This document shows positions 10,218 to 20,407 of a stretch of DNA of 64,000 nucleotides, one piece after another. The notes below the pieces were generated by a model, which had not been told where the DNA came from, made no database searches, and worked only from the letters and a program-made list of their open reading frames with translations. Position numbers and translations under genes: made by a program. The DNA is from an uncultured Collinsella sp. Lineage in GTDB: Bacteria > Actinomycetota > Coriobacteriia > Coriobacteriales > Coriobacteriaceae. Positions within the stretch are counted from its first letter, which is position 1. Each line of letters begins with the position of its first letter. Location of the stretch: NCBI GenBank assembly GCA_958453935.1, contig CAUDZT010000002.1:121-64120 (forward strand), in the 5' to 3' direction.

Positions 10218-10333
10218 TATACTGATGCGCGGCCGCGCGCGAGCTCACGCGGCGGCCCTTGGTAACCCGACTTCCCGCGCCGTATCCGTAACGGCGCTCC
10301 CGGGGGAAGCGGATATACGCAAAGGAGTTTTAT
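10218..10333 (+). promoter_or_regulatory. -10 box and structured ~100-nt 5' leader of the OPT gene (candidate cis-regulatory RNA)
   Basis: TATACT at 10218; stems gccgcg/cgcggc and cttccc-gcgccgt/acggcgc-gggaag; RBS AAAGGAG at 10321. Confidence 0.45.
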
Positions 10334-12037
10334 ATGAGCAATCCCTCGAACCGCGCTTCGATGCGCGGGCAACTCACGCTGCGCGGCGTCGTCATCGGCG
10401 TCCTTGGCTGCGTGATCATCACGGCAAGCTCGGCCTACACCGCCCTCAAGATGGGCGCACTCCCCTGGCCAATCGTCTTCGCTGCCGTCATCTCGCTGTT
10501 CTTCCTTAAGCTCATGGGCAACGCCAGCCTCAACGAGGCAAACGTCACCCACACCATCATGTCCGCGGGCGCCATGGTCGCCGGCGGTCTGGCGTTTACC
10601 ATCCCGGGCGCCTGGATGCTGGGCTATGCCGACCAGATCAGCTGGCTCGACATGTTTATCGTGGCGCTCGCCGGCACCATCCTGGGCCTGCTGGCCACCG
10701 CGCTCATCCACCGTCACTTTATCGTGGACGCCGCGCTGGAGTTCCCCACCGGCAACGCCGCAGCTCAGACCTTGCGCGCGACCGAGGCCGGCGGCAAGAC
10801 CGGCAAGCAGCTCTTTGGCTCCATGGCCATCGCCGGCATCTATAGCGTGCTGCGCGACGCCCTGGGCGTGGTGCCCAGCATGCTATGCACGCTCAACATC
10901 CCCGGCGTGACCTTTGGCATCTACAACTCGCCCATGCTGCTCTCCGTCGGCTTCCTCGTGGGCTTCGCCCCGGTCGCCTTCTGGTTTGCCGGCGCCCTGC
11001 TGGGCAACTTTGGCATCATCGTGGGCGGCACCGCTGCCGGTCTGTTCGATGTTGTGACCGCGCAGGGCATCGTCAAGTCCCTGGGCATGGGCCTCATGAT
11101 GGGCTTTGGCGTCGCCGTCGTCCTCAAGGACATCCTGCCGCAGGTCGCCGGTATCGTCCGCGGCCTCGCCGCCGACAGCTCCACCGACACCGACGAGCAG
11201 TCGCTCATCTCGGGCTCCCTTAAGCTCGACGCCGGCATCATCGGCCTGGGCGCCGCCGCCATCGCCGTGATCATCGCCATCGCGCTCGACCTTGGTCCCG
11301 TCCCGGCCGTCATCGTGACGCTGTTCACCTTTGTCACTACCATCATGAGCGCACAGAGCTGCGGCCAGACGGGCATCGACCCCATGGAAATCTTTGGCCT
11401 CATCGTCATGCTCATCGTGGCCGCCTTCGCTCAGATCGCTCAGGTCAAGCTGTTCTTTATCGCCGGCATCGTGGCCGTGGCGTGCGGCCTTGCGGGCGAC
11501 GTCATGAACGACTTTAAGGCCGGCGCCGTGCTGGGCACCAACCCGCGTGCGCAGTGGATCGGCCAGGCCATCGGCGGCATCGTGGGCGCCCTGGTCGCCG
11601 CAGCCGTCATGGTCGCGCTGGTTACCGCCTATGGTCCGGACGCCTTTGGTCCCGACAAGAGCTTCGTGGCCGCACAGGCAAGCGTCGTCGCCACCATGGT
11701 CTCGGGCATCCCGAGCGTGCCGTGGTTCGCAGGCGGCTTTATCGCCGGCATCGTCATGTACTGGCTCGGCATTCCGGCCATGATGATCGGCCTGGGCGTG
11801 TACCTGCCGTTCTACATGTCGCTCACGGCCTTCTTGGGCTCCTGCGCCAAGCTCGCCTACGACAAGTGGGCCGCACGCCGCGACGCCGCTGCCGGTCTTT
11901 CGGACGAGGAGAAGGCCTCCAAGGATGCCGCCTCCCAGGAGCAGGGCCTGGTCGTCGCCAGCGGCCTGCTCGGCGGCGAGTCCATCGTCGGCGTTATCCT
12001 GGCGTTTGTCTCTGTTGGTCTGAGCCTGCTGGGGTAG
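10334..12037 (+). CDS. OPT/YSL family oligopeptide transporter
   Basis: QLTLRGVVIG, L.FPTG.AAA, D.MNDFKAG..LG.NPRAQ, ASGLLGGES. Confidence 0.92.
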   Translation: MSNPSNRASMRGQLTLRGVVIGVLGCVIITASSAYTALKMGALPWPIVFAAVISLFFLKLMGNASLNEANVTHTIMSAGAMVAGGLAFTIPGAWMLGYADQISWLDMFIVALAGTILGLLATALIHRHFIVDAALEFPTGNAAAQTLRATEAGGKTGKQLFGSMAIAGIYSVLRDALGVVPSMLCTLNIPGVTFGIYNSPMLLSVGFLVGFAPVAFWFAGALLGNFGIIVGGTAAGLFDVVTAQGIVKSLGMGLMMGFGVAVVLKDILPQVAGIVRGLAADSSTDTDEQSLISGSLKLDAGIIGLGAAAIAVIIAIALDLGPVPAVIVTLFTFVTTIMSAQSCGQTGIDPMEIFGLIVMLIVAAFAQIAQVKLFFIAGIVAVACGLAGDVMNDFKAGAVLGTNPRAQWIGQAIGGIVGALVAAAVMVALVTAYGPDAFGPDKSFVAAQASVVATMVSGIPSVPWFAGGFIAGIVMYWLGIPAMMIGLGVYLPFYMSLTAFLGSCAKLAYDKWAARRDAAAGLSDEEKASKDAASQEQGLVVASGLLGGESIVGVILAFVSVGLSLLG

Positions 12038-12062
12038 GCCGAACAACAACGCACCAGCGCAG

Positions 12063-12100
12063 AGCGCGGGGTCGGAATCAAACCGGCCCCGCGCTTTTTT
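12063..12100 (+). terminator. Intrinsic terminator after OPT gene
   Basis: agcgcggggtcgg..ccggccccgcgct followed by T-run. Confidence 0.8.
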
Positions 12101-12252
12101 GTCTATTTGACTCTTATGATCCTCACGGCGTTTTAGCCATGTCGATTGTCCTGACTTCCAGGTCAACAAACCTTGTCTGACACCTCGCCTAACGCGGTGT
12201 AGAGTAAAGACGACAGACGCAAGAAGCGGCTCAGAAGCTAAACGAGGTAAGC

Positions 12253-13392
12253 ATGGAACTCGACAAACAACAGATCAAGCGGCTGCGCGAGCGTCATCAT
12301 CGTCGTCACGGTATACGCCCTGCACACAGCGAGGCCATGGAGAATGCCACCCGTTTCCTTAAGCAGGCGTTCAACATACGCGAGGGACGCGCGCCCTATC
12401 ACGTGATTCGCAAGCGCTTTGTAAACGGGGCGCGCCTGACTGGCTCACACTTATGCATCCTGATCATTGCCATGTTGATCGCGAGCATCGGCCTCGATAT
12501 CGACTCGGACATTGCCATCGTGGGCGCCATGCTCATCTGTCCGCTCATGGGCTCGGTCCTTGCCATGGCATACGGCATCGCCACGCTCGACCGCGAGATT
12601 GCCGTCGAGGCAATTGCCGGCCTCGCGCTGCAGATGGTCTTTTGTCTAATCACGTCCACGCTGTACTTTAAGCTCTCGCCCCTTGGCACCACCACGGCCG
12701 CCATCATCGACAACTCGACACCGACTGTGTGGGACCTTGCCGTCGCGCTCGCGGGCGGCTTTGCGGGCGGACTGGGCAACTCGCGCGACCAGGAACCCGC
12801 CACGCTCATCGCCGGCGTGGCCGTGGCGACCGCGCTCATGCCGCCCCTGTGCGCGGCGGGCTATGGCATCGCCATCGCAAGCGGGTCGCTGTTTCTTTCA
12901 GCCCTCTACGAGTTTGGCATCAACGTGGTCTTTATCGCACTGGCTGCCGAAGCCGTGCTGCTTCTTTTGCGCGTGCCGCTCAAGCGCGACCTCAACGGCG
13001 ACGGCATTGTGACCGCCGAGGAAAATGCCGAGGTCGATGAGCTGTCACACAAGGTGCGCCGCCGCATCATCGTGGGCACGGTGATCTTTGCCATCCCCTG
13101 CATCGTTATGACGGCGGGGTCTATTGGCTCGGCGCAGGCCGGCGTGCAGGACGGTTACGGCGTCACCGAAACCACGCGCGAGCTTGCCGCGGTGCTGCCG
13201 GGCTTTAAGGATTACACCGTTGCCGTCGAGACCTCGGCCACCGAAGGCGAGGAGGAGGGCCTTGTCGAGCGCGAGGTTGTCGCCCATGTGACGACAAGCG
13301 AGGTGCTTGGGGCACACGACCGCCGTGTAGCCCGCAAGCTCATCGACCTCAATGTGCCCGAGCTCGATCGCGTGGAGTTTGATGTGCAGTAA
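12253..13392 (+). CDS. DUF389 domain membrane protein
   Basis: IASIGL..S.A.VGAMLI.PLMG and GVAVATALMPPLC..GYG motifs. Confidence 0.88.
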   Translation: MELDKQQIKRLRERHHRRHGIRPAHSEAMENATRFLKQAFNIREGRAPYHVIRKRFVNGARLTGSHLCILIIAMLIASIGLDIDSDIAIVGAMLICPLMGSVLAMAYGIATLDREIAVEAIAGLALQMVFCLITSTLYFKLSPLGTTTAAIIDNSTPTVWDLAVALAGGFAGGLGNSRDQEPATLIAGVAVATALMPPLCAAGYGIAIASGSLFLSALYEFGINVVFIALAAEAVLLLLRVPLKRDLNGDGIVTAEENAEVDELSHKVRRRIIVGTVIFAIPCIVMTAGSIGSAQAGVQDGYGVTETTRELAAVLPGFKDYTVAVETSATEGEEEGLVEREVVAHVTTSEVLGAHDRRVARKLIDLNVPELDRVEFDVQ

Positions 13393-13517
13393 TACGCGAC
13401 GTGAGATGGATGCGCGCAGCCGCGCGTCACGACATGGCGCAGACGTGACGCGGGCCACGAGCAAATAGCGGGACGCGGTCCATGGCCGCGCCCCGCTCGC
13501 TGATTTATTGCCGTGAA

Positions 13518-13967
13518 TCAGCTGTCCGCATCGACATCGCCAGACTCCACTGTAAACGCCGGACCGGTACTCACCAGATAAAAACGGGTCACCTTGGTAT
13601 CTCTAAATAGGTAGAGCAAGCCCTGATCGCGTCGGCGCGAAATATACGCCACGTGGACCGTACCGAATTCTTCGCCGTTTTCCTTCTTTAATATCAGGAT
13701 GTTGGGGTCATCCGCACGCTTAAACTGCCCGTCTGTGCAGATTCCGTCTTGGTCGACCAGCTGCCATCGACAGTTGTCCTCCTCAAGAAAAGCCAGGGTT
13801 TCCCGACTTGTTTCGTCATCCCGATAGTAACCGTCAATGGCAAAGCCTTCGGAAGCACATTCCTGCATATAGGATGTTTCTCGACTTATAGCGAACTGCC
13901 CTATAGCGCCCAGGAGCACAGCTAGGCAAACCACTGCAAGGGTTATCGAGATAGTACGGCGGCCCAT
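13518..13967 (-). CDS. Hypothetical membrane-anchored/exported protein
   Basis: N-terminal signal/TM segment; 149 aa; visibly lower GC than neighbours. Confidence 0.6.
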   Translation of the reverse strand: MGRRTISITLAVVCLAVLLGAIGQFAISRETSYMQECASEGFAIDGYYRDDETSRETLAFLEEDNCRWQLVDQDGICTDGQFKRADDPNILILKKENGEEFGTVHVAYISRRRDQGLLYLFRDTKVTRFYLVSTGPAFTVESGDVDADS

Positions 13968-14237
13968 ATTAACCAGCCCGATACTTGTTTAACGGAGCAC
14001 GAAACATACTTGGTACCTCCGATATCATGGCGAATGTCGCCAGCAGACTGGCGACAACTATATGTTTCTAACATTAAACCATATGGCTGCCACTCGCGGA
14101 GGGGGCATCGGCGAACGGTGCATTTTTGCGTTCTATTGGGCAAACGTCAACGCGCGCTACAGCTCTTGCTCGACCTATTCAGATCTTGTCGCATACTACC
14201 GTAGATCCTCAACGCTTCCGCCCCCAAGAGATCATTT

Positions 14238-15197
14238 TTAGTACGTAAAGAAGCCCTCGCCCGAGCTTTCGCCCAGCTTACCTTCGTCGAGCATTTTCTT
14301 GAGGACGGAGGCCATGGCCTTAAAGTTGTAGGGCATCATCATCTTTTTGAGCAGCGGGCTCACCAAGCCCGGGACCTTTTGGTACTGCATGACGATGTTG
14401 TACGCCGTCTGGATGCCCACGGTGTCGAACACGCGGAACGGCCCCTTGGGAGCGCCGGTGCCGCGCGTCCACGCGAGGTCGATGCTCTTGGGGTCACTCA
14501 CGCCCGAGACATACAGGTCAAGGCCCGAAAGCAGCCACGGCACCAGCATGGAATTGAGCAGGTAGCCGTTCTTTTCCTTGTTGACGGGCAGGGCAAGCAT
14601 ACGGATATCGTTGGCAAAGTCGACGAGCTCGTCGAAGTAGCGCTTGTCGGTTTGGTCCTGTGCCATGACCTCGGTCATGTTGTTCTTCCAGATGGAGTTG
14701 GCAAAGTGCAGCGACAGGTACTTCTCGGGACGGCCGGTGTACTTGGCAAAGGTGCTCGGCAGCAGCGTGGATGAGTTGGTCACGATGACGGTCTTTTGCG
14801 GCAGAACCGGGGCGAGCTTCTTGTAGAAGTCGATCTTTGCCTGGGTGTCCTCGGCCATAGACTCGATGACCAGGTCGGCGTCGGCCACGGCCTTGGCAAG
14901 ATCGAGCTCCAGCTTGAGTGTGGAGTAGGCACGCTCGACGGCGGCGAGCGCCGCTTCCTTGTCGAAGGGCTGGGTGCCATCGGCGATACCGGCGCACCAC
15001 TCGCCCGTACCGTCCGCCATGCCCTCGATTGCCGCGATGTACTCCTTGCGCACGTGATCGATCTTGGGCTGGGTGCGGCCGATGCTGCCCTCGCTGCGCA
15101 GCCAAATCGTTACATCAAAGCCGCAGTAGGCAGCCTGAAAGGCAATCTGGCTTCCCAACACGCCGCCGCCGGCAACACAAACGGTCTTGTAGCTCAT
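14238..15197 (-). CDS. 3-hydroxyacyl-CoA dehydrogenase family protein
   Basis: GGGVLGSQIA Rossmann motif, DLVIES..E, TNSSTL, LHFAN, GPF..D.VG. Confidence 0.92.
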   Translation of the reverse strand: MSYKTVCVAGGGVLGSQIAFQAAYCGFDVTIWLRSEGSIGRTQPKIDHVRKEYIAAIEGMADGTGEWCAGIADGTQPFDKEAALAAVERAYSTLKLELDLAKAVADADLVIESMAEDTQAKIDFYKKLAPVLPQKTVIVTNSSTLLPSTFAKYTGRPEKYLSLHFANSIWKNNMTEVMAQDQTDKRYFDELVDFANDIRMLALPVNKEKNGYLLNSMLVPWLLSGLDLYVSGVSDPKSIDLAWTRGTGAPKGPFRVFDTVGIQTAYNIVMQYQKVPGLVSPLLKKMMMPYNFKAMASVLKKMLDEGKLGESSGEGFFTY

Positions 15198-15365
15198 GGA
15201 ACGGTCCTCTCTTACGTAATTCCATAGATGTGTATTTATTCAACCGTAAGGATGACGCGCGCTGGGGGTGGGTTCTATAAACGGGCGGTATTTCGCGGCA
15301 AACGGCTACATATGTTCATTATCTCGGGGCTTCAAGGGCAATTTATGGTGCCACCGAGACGTCGT

Positions 15366-15496
15366 TTTCGGAAGTATGCGGCAAATTCCGGAACTCTTGA
15401 GCACATCCTGGTTTTTCACCAATAAAACCGCAGGTACAGAGCTTGGACATATCCGATGTGCTCGGCCTATTCAGATTTTGCCGCATACTTCCGAAA
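15366..15496. repeat. 131-bp element with perfect 20-bp terminal inverted repeats (MITE/REP-doublet-like)
   Basis: tttcggaagtatgcggcaaa (15366-15385) / tttgccgcatacttccgaaa (15477-15496). Confidence 0.7.
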
Positions 15497-15550
15497 TCTA
15501 AGTTCGCAAAGGGTGATAGTTGGGGCGTTTACGCAACAGATGTCCAGTAA

Positions 15551-15585
15551 AAACGGGTGGCAGCCGGTATGGCTACCACCCGTTT
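15551..15585 (-). terminator. Intrinsic terminator of the activase-fusion gene
   Basis: aaacgggtggcagcc-ggtat-ggctaccacccgttt hairpin flanked by A/T runs. Confidence 0.75.
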
Positions 15586-15613
15586 GTCTCATATCTAGCC
15601 CATAGCGGGCAAG

Positions 15614-18600
15614 CTACTTCTTAATGCCGCGTCCCAGACGCTCGGCGACCGACGCCACGGCCTCCTCGCTGGCCGGCCCGCAGCTCACGCAGCCGTCGTG
15701 GGCGCGCATCTGACCGGTGACCTCGTCCATCGCGAGCGGCGCCACCTTCTCGAGCTTAAAGCCCTTGCCCGCGCGCATGTTCTCCTTGGCCACACTGATC
15801 ATGAGCTTAATACGGTTGAGCTGGTTGACCTCGGACGCACCGGGGTCGTAGTCCACCGCGACAATGTTGCTCTCGGGATGCTGGCGGCGCAGCTCCTTGA
15901 TCACGGCCTTGCCCACCACGTGGTTGGGCAGGCACGCGAAGGGCTGCGTGCAGATGATGTTGGGCGCACCATGGTCGATCAGGTCGAGCATCTCGGCCGT
16001 GAGCAACCAGCCCTCGCCCATGTTGTTGCACACCGAAAGTACCGTACGGGCCTTTTCGGCCATGGTGCCGATGCGCTCGGGCGCCTCGAAGCGGCGGGAC
16101 TTCTCGAGCATCTCCTCCACCGGCGTGCGCATCCAGTCCACAAGCTTGATGAGCGCTTGCATGCCCGCGCGTGTAGTAGCAGAGCTTCCCAGCTCGTCCT
16201 TCTGCAGCTCGGCGTTGCTCATGGAGTACAGGAAGAAGTCGAGCAGGCCCGGCACCACGGCCTCGCAGCCCTCGCGCTCGATGACATCGACCACGTGGTT
16301 GTTTGCCGTGGGATGGAACTTGACCAAGATCTCGCCGACCACGCCCACGCGCGGCTTAGTACCCTCGCCCACGAGCGGCATGGTGTCGAACGCTCGGATG
16401 GCCTCGCGGCACAGCTTGGTGTAGTTGTGGCGGTTGAACTTGGGCGCCAACTTGCGGGCGCGCGCCATGTACTCCTCGTAGAGCGCGTTGGCGGCACCGG
16501 GCGTGGCCTCGTACGGGCGGCAGCGGTAGAGCATCTGCATCATCACGTCGCCAAAGAGCACCGCGTAGACTGCCTGCTTAAGCAGCGCCGGCGTAATCTT
16601 AAAGCCGGGGTTGTCCTCGCCGAGCGCCACAGCCGAAAGCGAGATCACCGGAATCTCAGGGTGACCGCTCTCGCGCAGGGCTTTGCGAATGAGCGCGATG
16701 TAGTTGGTAGCACGGCAGCCGCCGCCGGTCTGACTGATGACCACGGCCGTCTTGGACAGGTCGTACCGACCGCTCTCGATGGCCTCCATGATCTGGCCCG
16801 TCACCAGGATCGACGGATAGCAGATGTCATTGTTCACATAGCGCAGGCCGGCCTCGACGGCGTCGTGATCGGTCGAGGGCAGCAGCTCCAAGTTGTAGCC
16901 GGCACCGCGGAACACCTCTTTGACCAGGTCAAAGTGGATCGGCGCCATCTGCGGGCACAGGATGGTGTAGCCCTCGTCGCGCATCTGCTCGGTAAAGGGC
17001 ACCTTCGGCCATGCGGTCGAAGCACTCTCGCGCTGAGCCTCAAACGTGTACTTGCGGCTCGCGAACGCGGGGGCATCCGTGGAGGGCGCCACCGGCGCGG
17101 CATCGCCCTGCTCGTAAGCCTCGCCCGCGGCCGTGGCCTCGGCCAAGCGCTCGGCCTCCTGGTCCTTAAGCGCGGCCATGAGCGAGCGGATGCGGATGCG
17201 CGCGGCACCCAGGTTGGACACCTCGTCGATCTTGAGCACGGTGTAAATCTTGCCGCTGGCTTCCAGGATCTCCTGCACCTGGTCGGTGGTCAGGGCGTCC
17301 AAGCCGCAGCCGAAGGAGTTGAGCTGGATCAGGTCCAGGTCGTTGCGCATCGTCACAAAACGAGCGACGGCGTACAGGCGGCTGTGGTACATCCACTGGT
17401 CGACGACGCGAATCGGACGCTCGGGCTTTACCAGATGCGCGAGCGAATCCTCGGTAAAGACCGCAAAGCCAAAGCTCGAGATAAGCTCGGGCAGGGCGTG
17501 GTTGATCTCGGGGTCGTTATGGTAGGGACGACCGGCGAGCACGATGCCGTGACCGCCGTGGTCCTCGACCCACTTAAGGGCCTCCTCGCCCATGGTCTGG
17601 ATGTCCTCGTGGAAGCGCGCGTCGGCCTCAAAGGCAGCGTTGACGGCGGCATCGACCTCGGAGCGCGTGATCTTGGGTCCACGCACGCGACCGCGACCGG
17701 CCTCAGCATCGGCCACGCGGTCGACGGCGAGCACCTGGTACAGGCGGCGCTTGAGCTCGGTCTTGTCATGATAGGGCACAAACGGGTACAGGAACTCGAT
17801 GTTCTGCTCGCGGATCTCGTCGATGTTGAGTGCCAACGCCGTGGGGTAGCTCATGACGATGGGGCAGTTGTAACAGTTGCCGGCGGTCGGGTCCTCCTTG
17901 CGCTCCCAACGCACGCACGGCATCCAGATAAAGTCGACGTCGCGGTCGATAAGGTTCATCACGTGGCCGTGGCTCATCTTGGCCGGATAGCACACGCTCT
18001 CGGACGGCATGGACTCGATGCCCGCCTGGTAGGTCTTTTTGCTCGACTGGTCGGACAGCTGCACGCTAAAGCCCAAGCGCGTAAAGAACGCATGCCAGAA
18101 GGGGTAGTTCTCGTACATGTTGAGCGCGCGCGGGATGCCGACGGTGCCGCGCGGGGCCTCGTCGGGGCTCAGCACCTCGCGGTTAAAGAGCAGCTCGTTT
18201 TTCTTTTTGAAGAGGTTGGGGGCCTCGGTCTTCTGCTTTTTGTGGCCGGCGCCCTTCTCGCAACGGTTGCCGGTAATGAAGCGCCTACCGCCGCCAAAGT
18301 CGTTCACAGTAAGCTGGCAGTTGTTAGAGCAACGGCCGCAACGGACATGCTTTTGCGTCACGGTGAGGTGTGCGATATCCTCAGCCGAAAGGATGGTCGA
18401 GGTGCCGTCGGCGCCGGCGCGATCGCGGGCGAGCAGGGCCGCACCGTAGGCGCCCATGCAGCCGGCGATGTCAGGGCGCACGGCATGCACGCCGGTGAGC
18501 TGCTCAAACGCGCGCAGCGTGGCATCGGACATAAAGGTGCCGCCCTGGACGATCACCTGGCTGCCGATCTCCTTGGGGTCGCGCAGCTTAATGACCTTGA

Positions 18601-20395
18601 ACAGGGCATTCTTAATGACGGAATAGGACAGGCCGGCCGCGATGTCGCCCACCGTGGCGCCTTCCTTTTGCGCCTGCTTAACGCGCGAGTTCATAAAAAC
18701 CGTGCAGCGGCTGCCCAGGTCGACGGGGGCCTTGGCATGGATGGCGGCATCGGCGAACGCGCGCACGTCCATGTTCATAGAGACGGCGAAGCTCTCGATA
18801 AAGCTGCCGCAACCCGACGAGCAGGCCTCGTTGAGCATGATGTGCTCGATAACGCCGTCCTTGACGCGCAGGCACTTCATGTCCTGGCCGCCGATGTCCA
18901 GGATAAACTCGACGCCGGGCAGGAACGCCTTGGCGCCGCGCAGGTGCGCGACGGTCTCGATCTCGCCGGAATCGGCCTTGAGGGCCTCGATGAGTAGCGC
19001 CTCACCGTAGCCCGTGGTGGTCACGTGGCCGATGGTGCAGCCCGCGGGAATGTGGTTGTAGAAATCGGCCATGATGACCTTGGCCGTGCCCAGGATGTCA
19101 CCGTTGTTGTTGCCGTACCAGGTATGCAACAGCTGGCCGTCCTCGCCCACGAGCGCGGCCTTCATGGTGGTGGAACCGGCGTCGATGCCAATGAACACGC
19201 GGCCGGTGTAGCCGTCGAGCTTGCCCTTGGGGACGACTTCTTGGTCGTGGCGACCCTTGAACTCGGCAAAGTCCTCGTCGGTGGCAAAGAGCGGATCCAG
19301 ACGCTCGACCTCGGCACCCTGCGTGTCGCCCAAGCTGTCAATGGCCTCGATAAGCTGCGGGAACGTGCTGAGCTTATTGGACTCGTGCGCCATGGCGGCG
19401 CCGCTCGCCACAAACAGGTGGGCGTTTTGGGGCACGATACGGTGCTCCTCGTCCAGGTTGAGCGTGAGGTAGAAGCGATGGCGCAGCTCGGAGAGGTACT
19501 GCAGCGGGCCGCCCAGGAAGGCAACGTTGCCACGGATGGGGCGACCGCACGCCAGGCCCGAGATGGTCTGGGTCACAACGGCCTGGAAGATGGAAGCGGC
19601 CACGTCCTCGGGGCGGGCGCCCTCGTTGAGCAGCGGCTGGACGTCGGTCTTGGCAAAGACGCCGCAGCGGCTGGCGATGGGATAGATGGTGGTGGCGTTG
19701 GCCGCGAGCTCGTTGAGGCCGCTGGCATCGGTGTGGAGCAGGGTGGCCATCTGGTCGATGAACGCGCCCGTACCGCCGGCGCAGGTGCCGTTCATGCGCT
19801 GCTCGATACCGTTGTCGAAGTAGATGATCTTGGCGTCTTCGCCGCCTAGCTCGATGGCGACGTCGGTGGCCGGGATGATGGTCTCGACGGCACGCTTGCT
19901 GGCGATGACCTCCTGGACAAACTCCAGGTCGAGCCACTGGGACAGCAGCAGGCCGCCCGAACCGGTGATGGCGCAGGTCATTTGGGCAGCCGGCAGCACG
20001 GTCGCAGCGCCCTCGAACAAGTCGCGGGCGCAGGCGCGGACGTCGGTGTGGTGGCGCTGGTACTTGGCGTAGACGATCTGGTTGTCGTCGTTGAGCACAG
20101 CGAGCTTAACGGTGGTGGAGCCCACGTCGATGCCCAGGTGCAGGTTGCCGCGGGCGGCCTCGGGGTTGAAGATCGCGCCTTCGGGGGCCTGGGCGGCGGC
20201 TACGGGCTCGGCGGCGGTAGCGGGCTCGCTAGCGACGAGCGCCTCCCCTGCCACGTTCTTAGCCTCGGCGACTTTCTCAGTGACTATCTCGGCAGCAGCG
20301 TTCGCAGCCTTCTGCGCAGCGTCCACCACGGCGGGCGCGGCCTCGCGTGCGGCAGCGACCACACGGTCTTTAATGCCCTCGACGAGTTTGCTCAT
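15614..20395 (-). CDS. 2-hydroxyacyl-CoA dehydratase activase-related fusion (2x BadF/BadG ASKHA + DUF2229 + dehydratase-like)
   Basis: GIDVGSTT..ELGGEDAK..MNGTCAGGTG and GIDAGSTT..DIGGQDMK..NEACSSGCG; GIPRALN, CYPAK, GRPYH, QPFACLPNH. Confidence 0.9.
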   Translation of the reverse strand: MSKLVEGIKDRVVAAAREAAPAVVDAAQKAANAAAEIVTEKVAEAKNVAGEALVASEPATAAEPVAAAQAPEGAIFNPEAARGNLHLGIDVGSTTVKLAVLNDDNQIVYAKYQRHHTDVRACARDLFEGAATVLPAAQMTCAITGSGGLLLSQWLDLEFVQEVIASKRAVETIIPATDVAIELGGEDAKIIYFDNGIEQRMNGTCAGGTGAFIDQMATLLHTDASGLNELAANATTIYPIASRCGVFAKTDVQPLLNEGARPEDVAASIFQAVVTQTISGLACGRPIRGNVAFLGGPLQYLSELRHRFYLTLNLDEEHRIVPQNAHLFVASGAAMAHESNKLSTFPQLIEAIDSLGDTQGAEVERLDPLFATDEDFAEFKGRHDQEVVPKGKLDGYTGRVFIGIDAGSTTMKAALVGEDGQLLHTWYGNNNGDILGTAKVIMADFYNHIPAGCTIGHVTTTGYGEALLIEALKADSGEIETVAHLRGAKAFLPGVEFILDIGGQDMKCLRVKDGVIEHIMLNEACSSGCGSFIESFAVSMNMDVRAFADAAIHAKAPVDLGSRCTVFMNSRVKQAQKEGATVGDIAAGLSYSVIKNALFKVIKLRDPKEIGSQVIVQGGTFMSDATLRAFEQLTGVHAVRPDIAGCMGAYGAALLARDRAGADGTSTILSAEDIAHLTVTQKHVRCGRCSNNCQLTVNDFGGGRRFITGNRCEKGAGHKKQKTEAPNLFKKKNELLFNREVLSPDEAPRGTVGIPRALNMYENYPFWHAFFTRLGFSVQLSDQSSKKTYQAGIESMPSESVCYPAKMSHGHVMNLIDRDVDFIWMPCVRWERKEDPTAGNCYNCPIVMSYPTALALNIDEIREQNIEFLYPFVPYHDKTELKRRLYQVLAVDRVADAEAGRGRVRGPKITRSEVDAAVNAAFEADARFHEDIQTMGEEALKWVEDHGGHGIVLAGRPYHNDPEINHALPELISSFGFAVFTEDSLAHLVKPERPIRVVDQWMYHSRLYAVARFVTMRNDLDLIQLNSFGCGLDALTTDQVQEILEASGKIYTVLKIDEVSNLGAARIRIRSLMAALKDQEAERLAEATAAGEAYEQGDAAPVAPSTDAPAFASRKYTFEAQRESASTAWPKVPFTEQMRDEGYTILCPQMAPIHFDLVKEVFRGAGYNLELLPSTDHDAVEAGLRYVNNDICYPSILVTGQIMEAIESGRYDLSKTAVVISQTGGGCRATNYIALIRKALRESGHPEIPVISLSAVALGEDNPGFKITPALLKQAVYAVLFGDVMMQMLYRCRPYEATPGAANALYEEYMARARKLAPKFNRHNYTKLCREAIRAFDTMPLVGEGTKPRVGVVGEILVKFHPTANNHVVDVIEREGCEAVVPGLLDFFLYSMSNAELQKDELGSSATTRAGMQALIKLVDWMRTPVEEMLEKSRRFEAPERIGTMAEKARTVLSVCNNMGEGWLLTAEMLDLIDHGAPNIICTQPFACLPNHVVGKAVIKELRRQHPESNIVAVDYDPGASEVNQLNRIKLMISVAKENMRAGKGFKLEKVAPLAMDEVTGQMRAHDGCVSCGPASEEAVASVAERLGRGIKK

Positions 20396-20407
20396 CTGTT
20401 TCTCCTC

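Noticed and set aside
10256..10327. preQ1-II, SAH or guanidine-III riboswitch
   Set aside because: Only short motif resemblances (GCGGATA..CGC-AAAGGAG, AACGGCGCTC, GCGCCGTA); the required partner strands are missing, so kept only as an unassigned candidate
15698..18997. 1099-aa plus-strand ORF (and similar long antisense ORFs, e.g. 28195..29556, 10883..12169, 61637..63085)
   Set aside because: Shadow ORFs antisense to well-supported high-GC genes; no motifs or RBS
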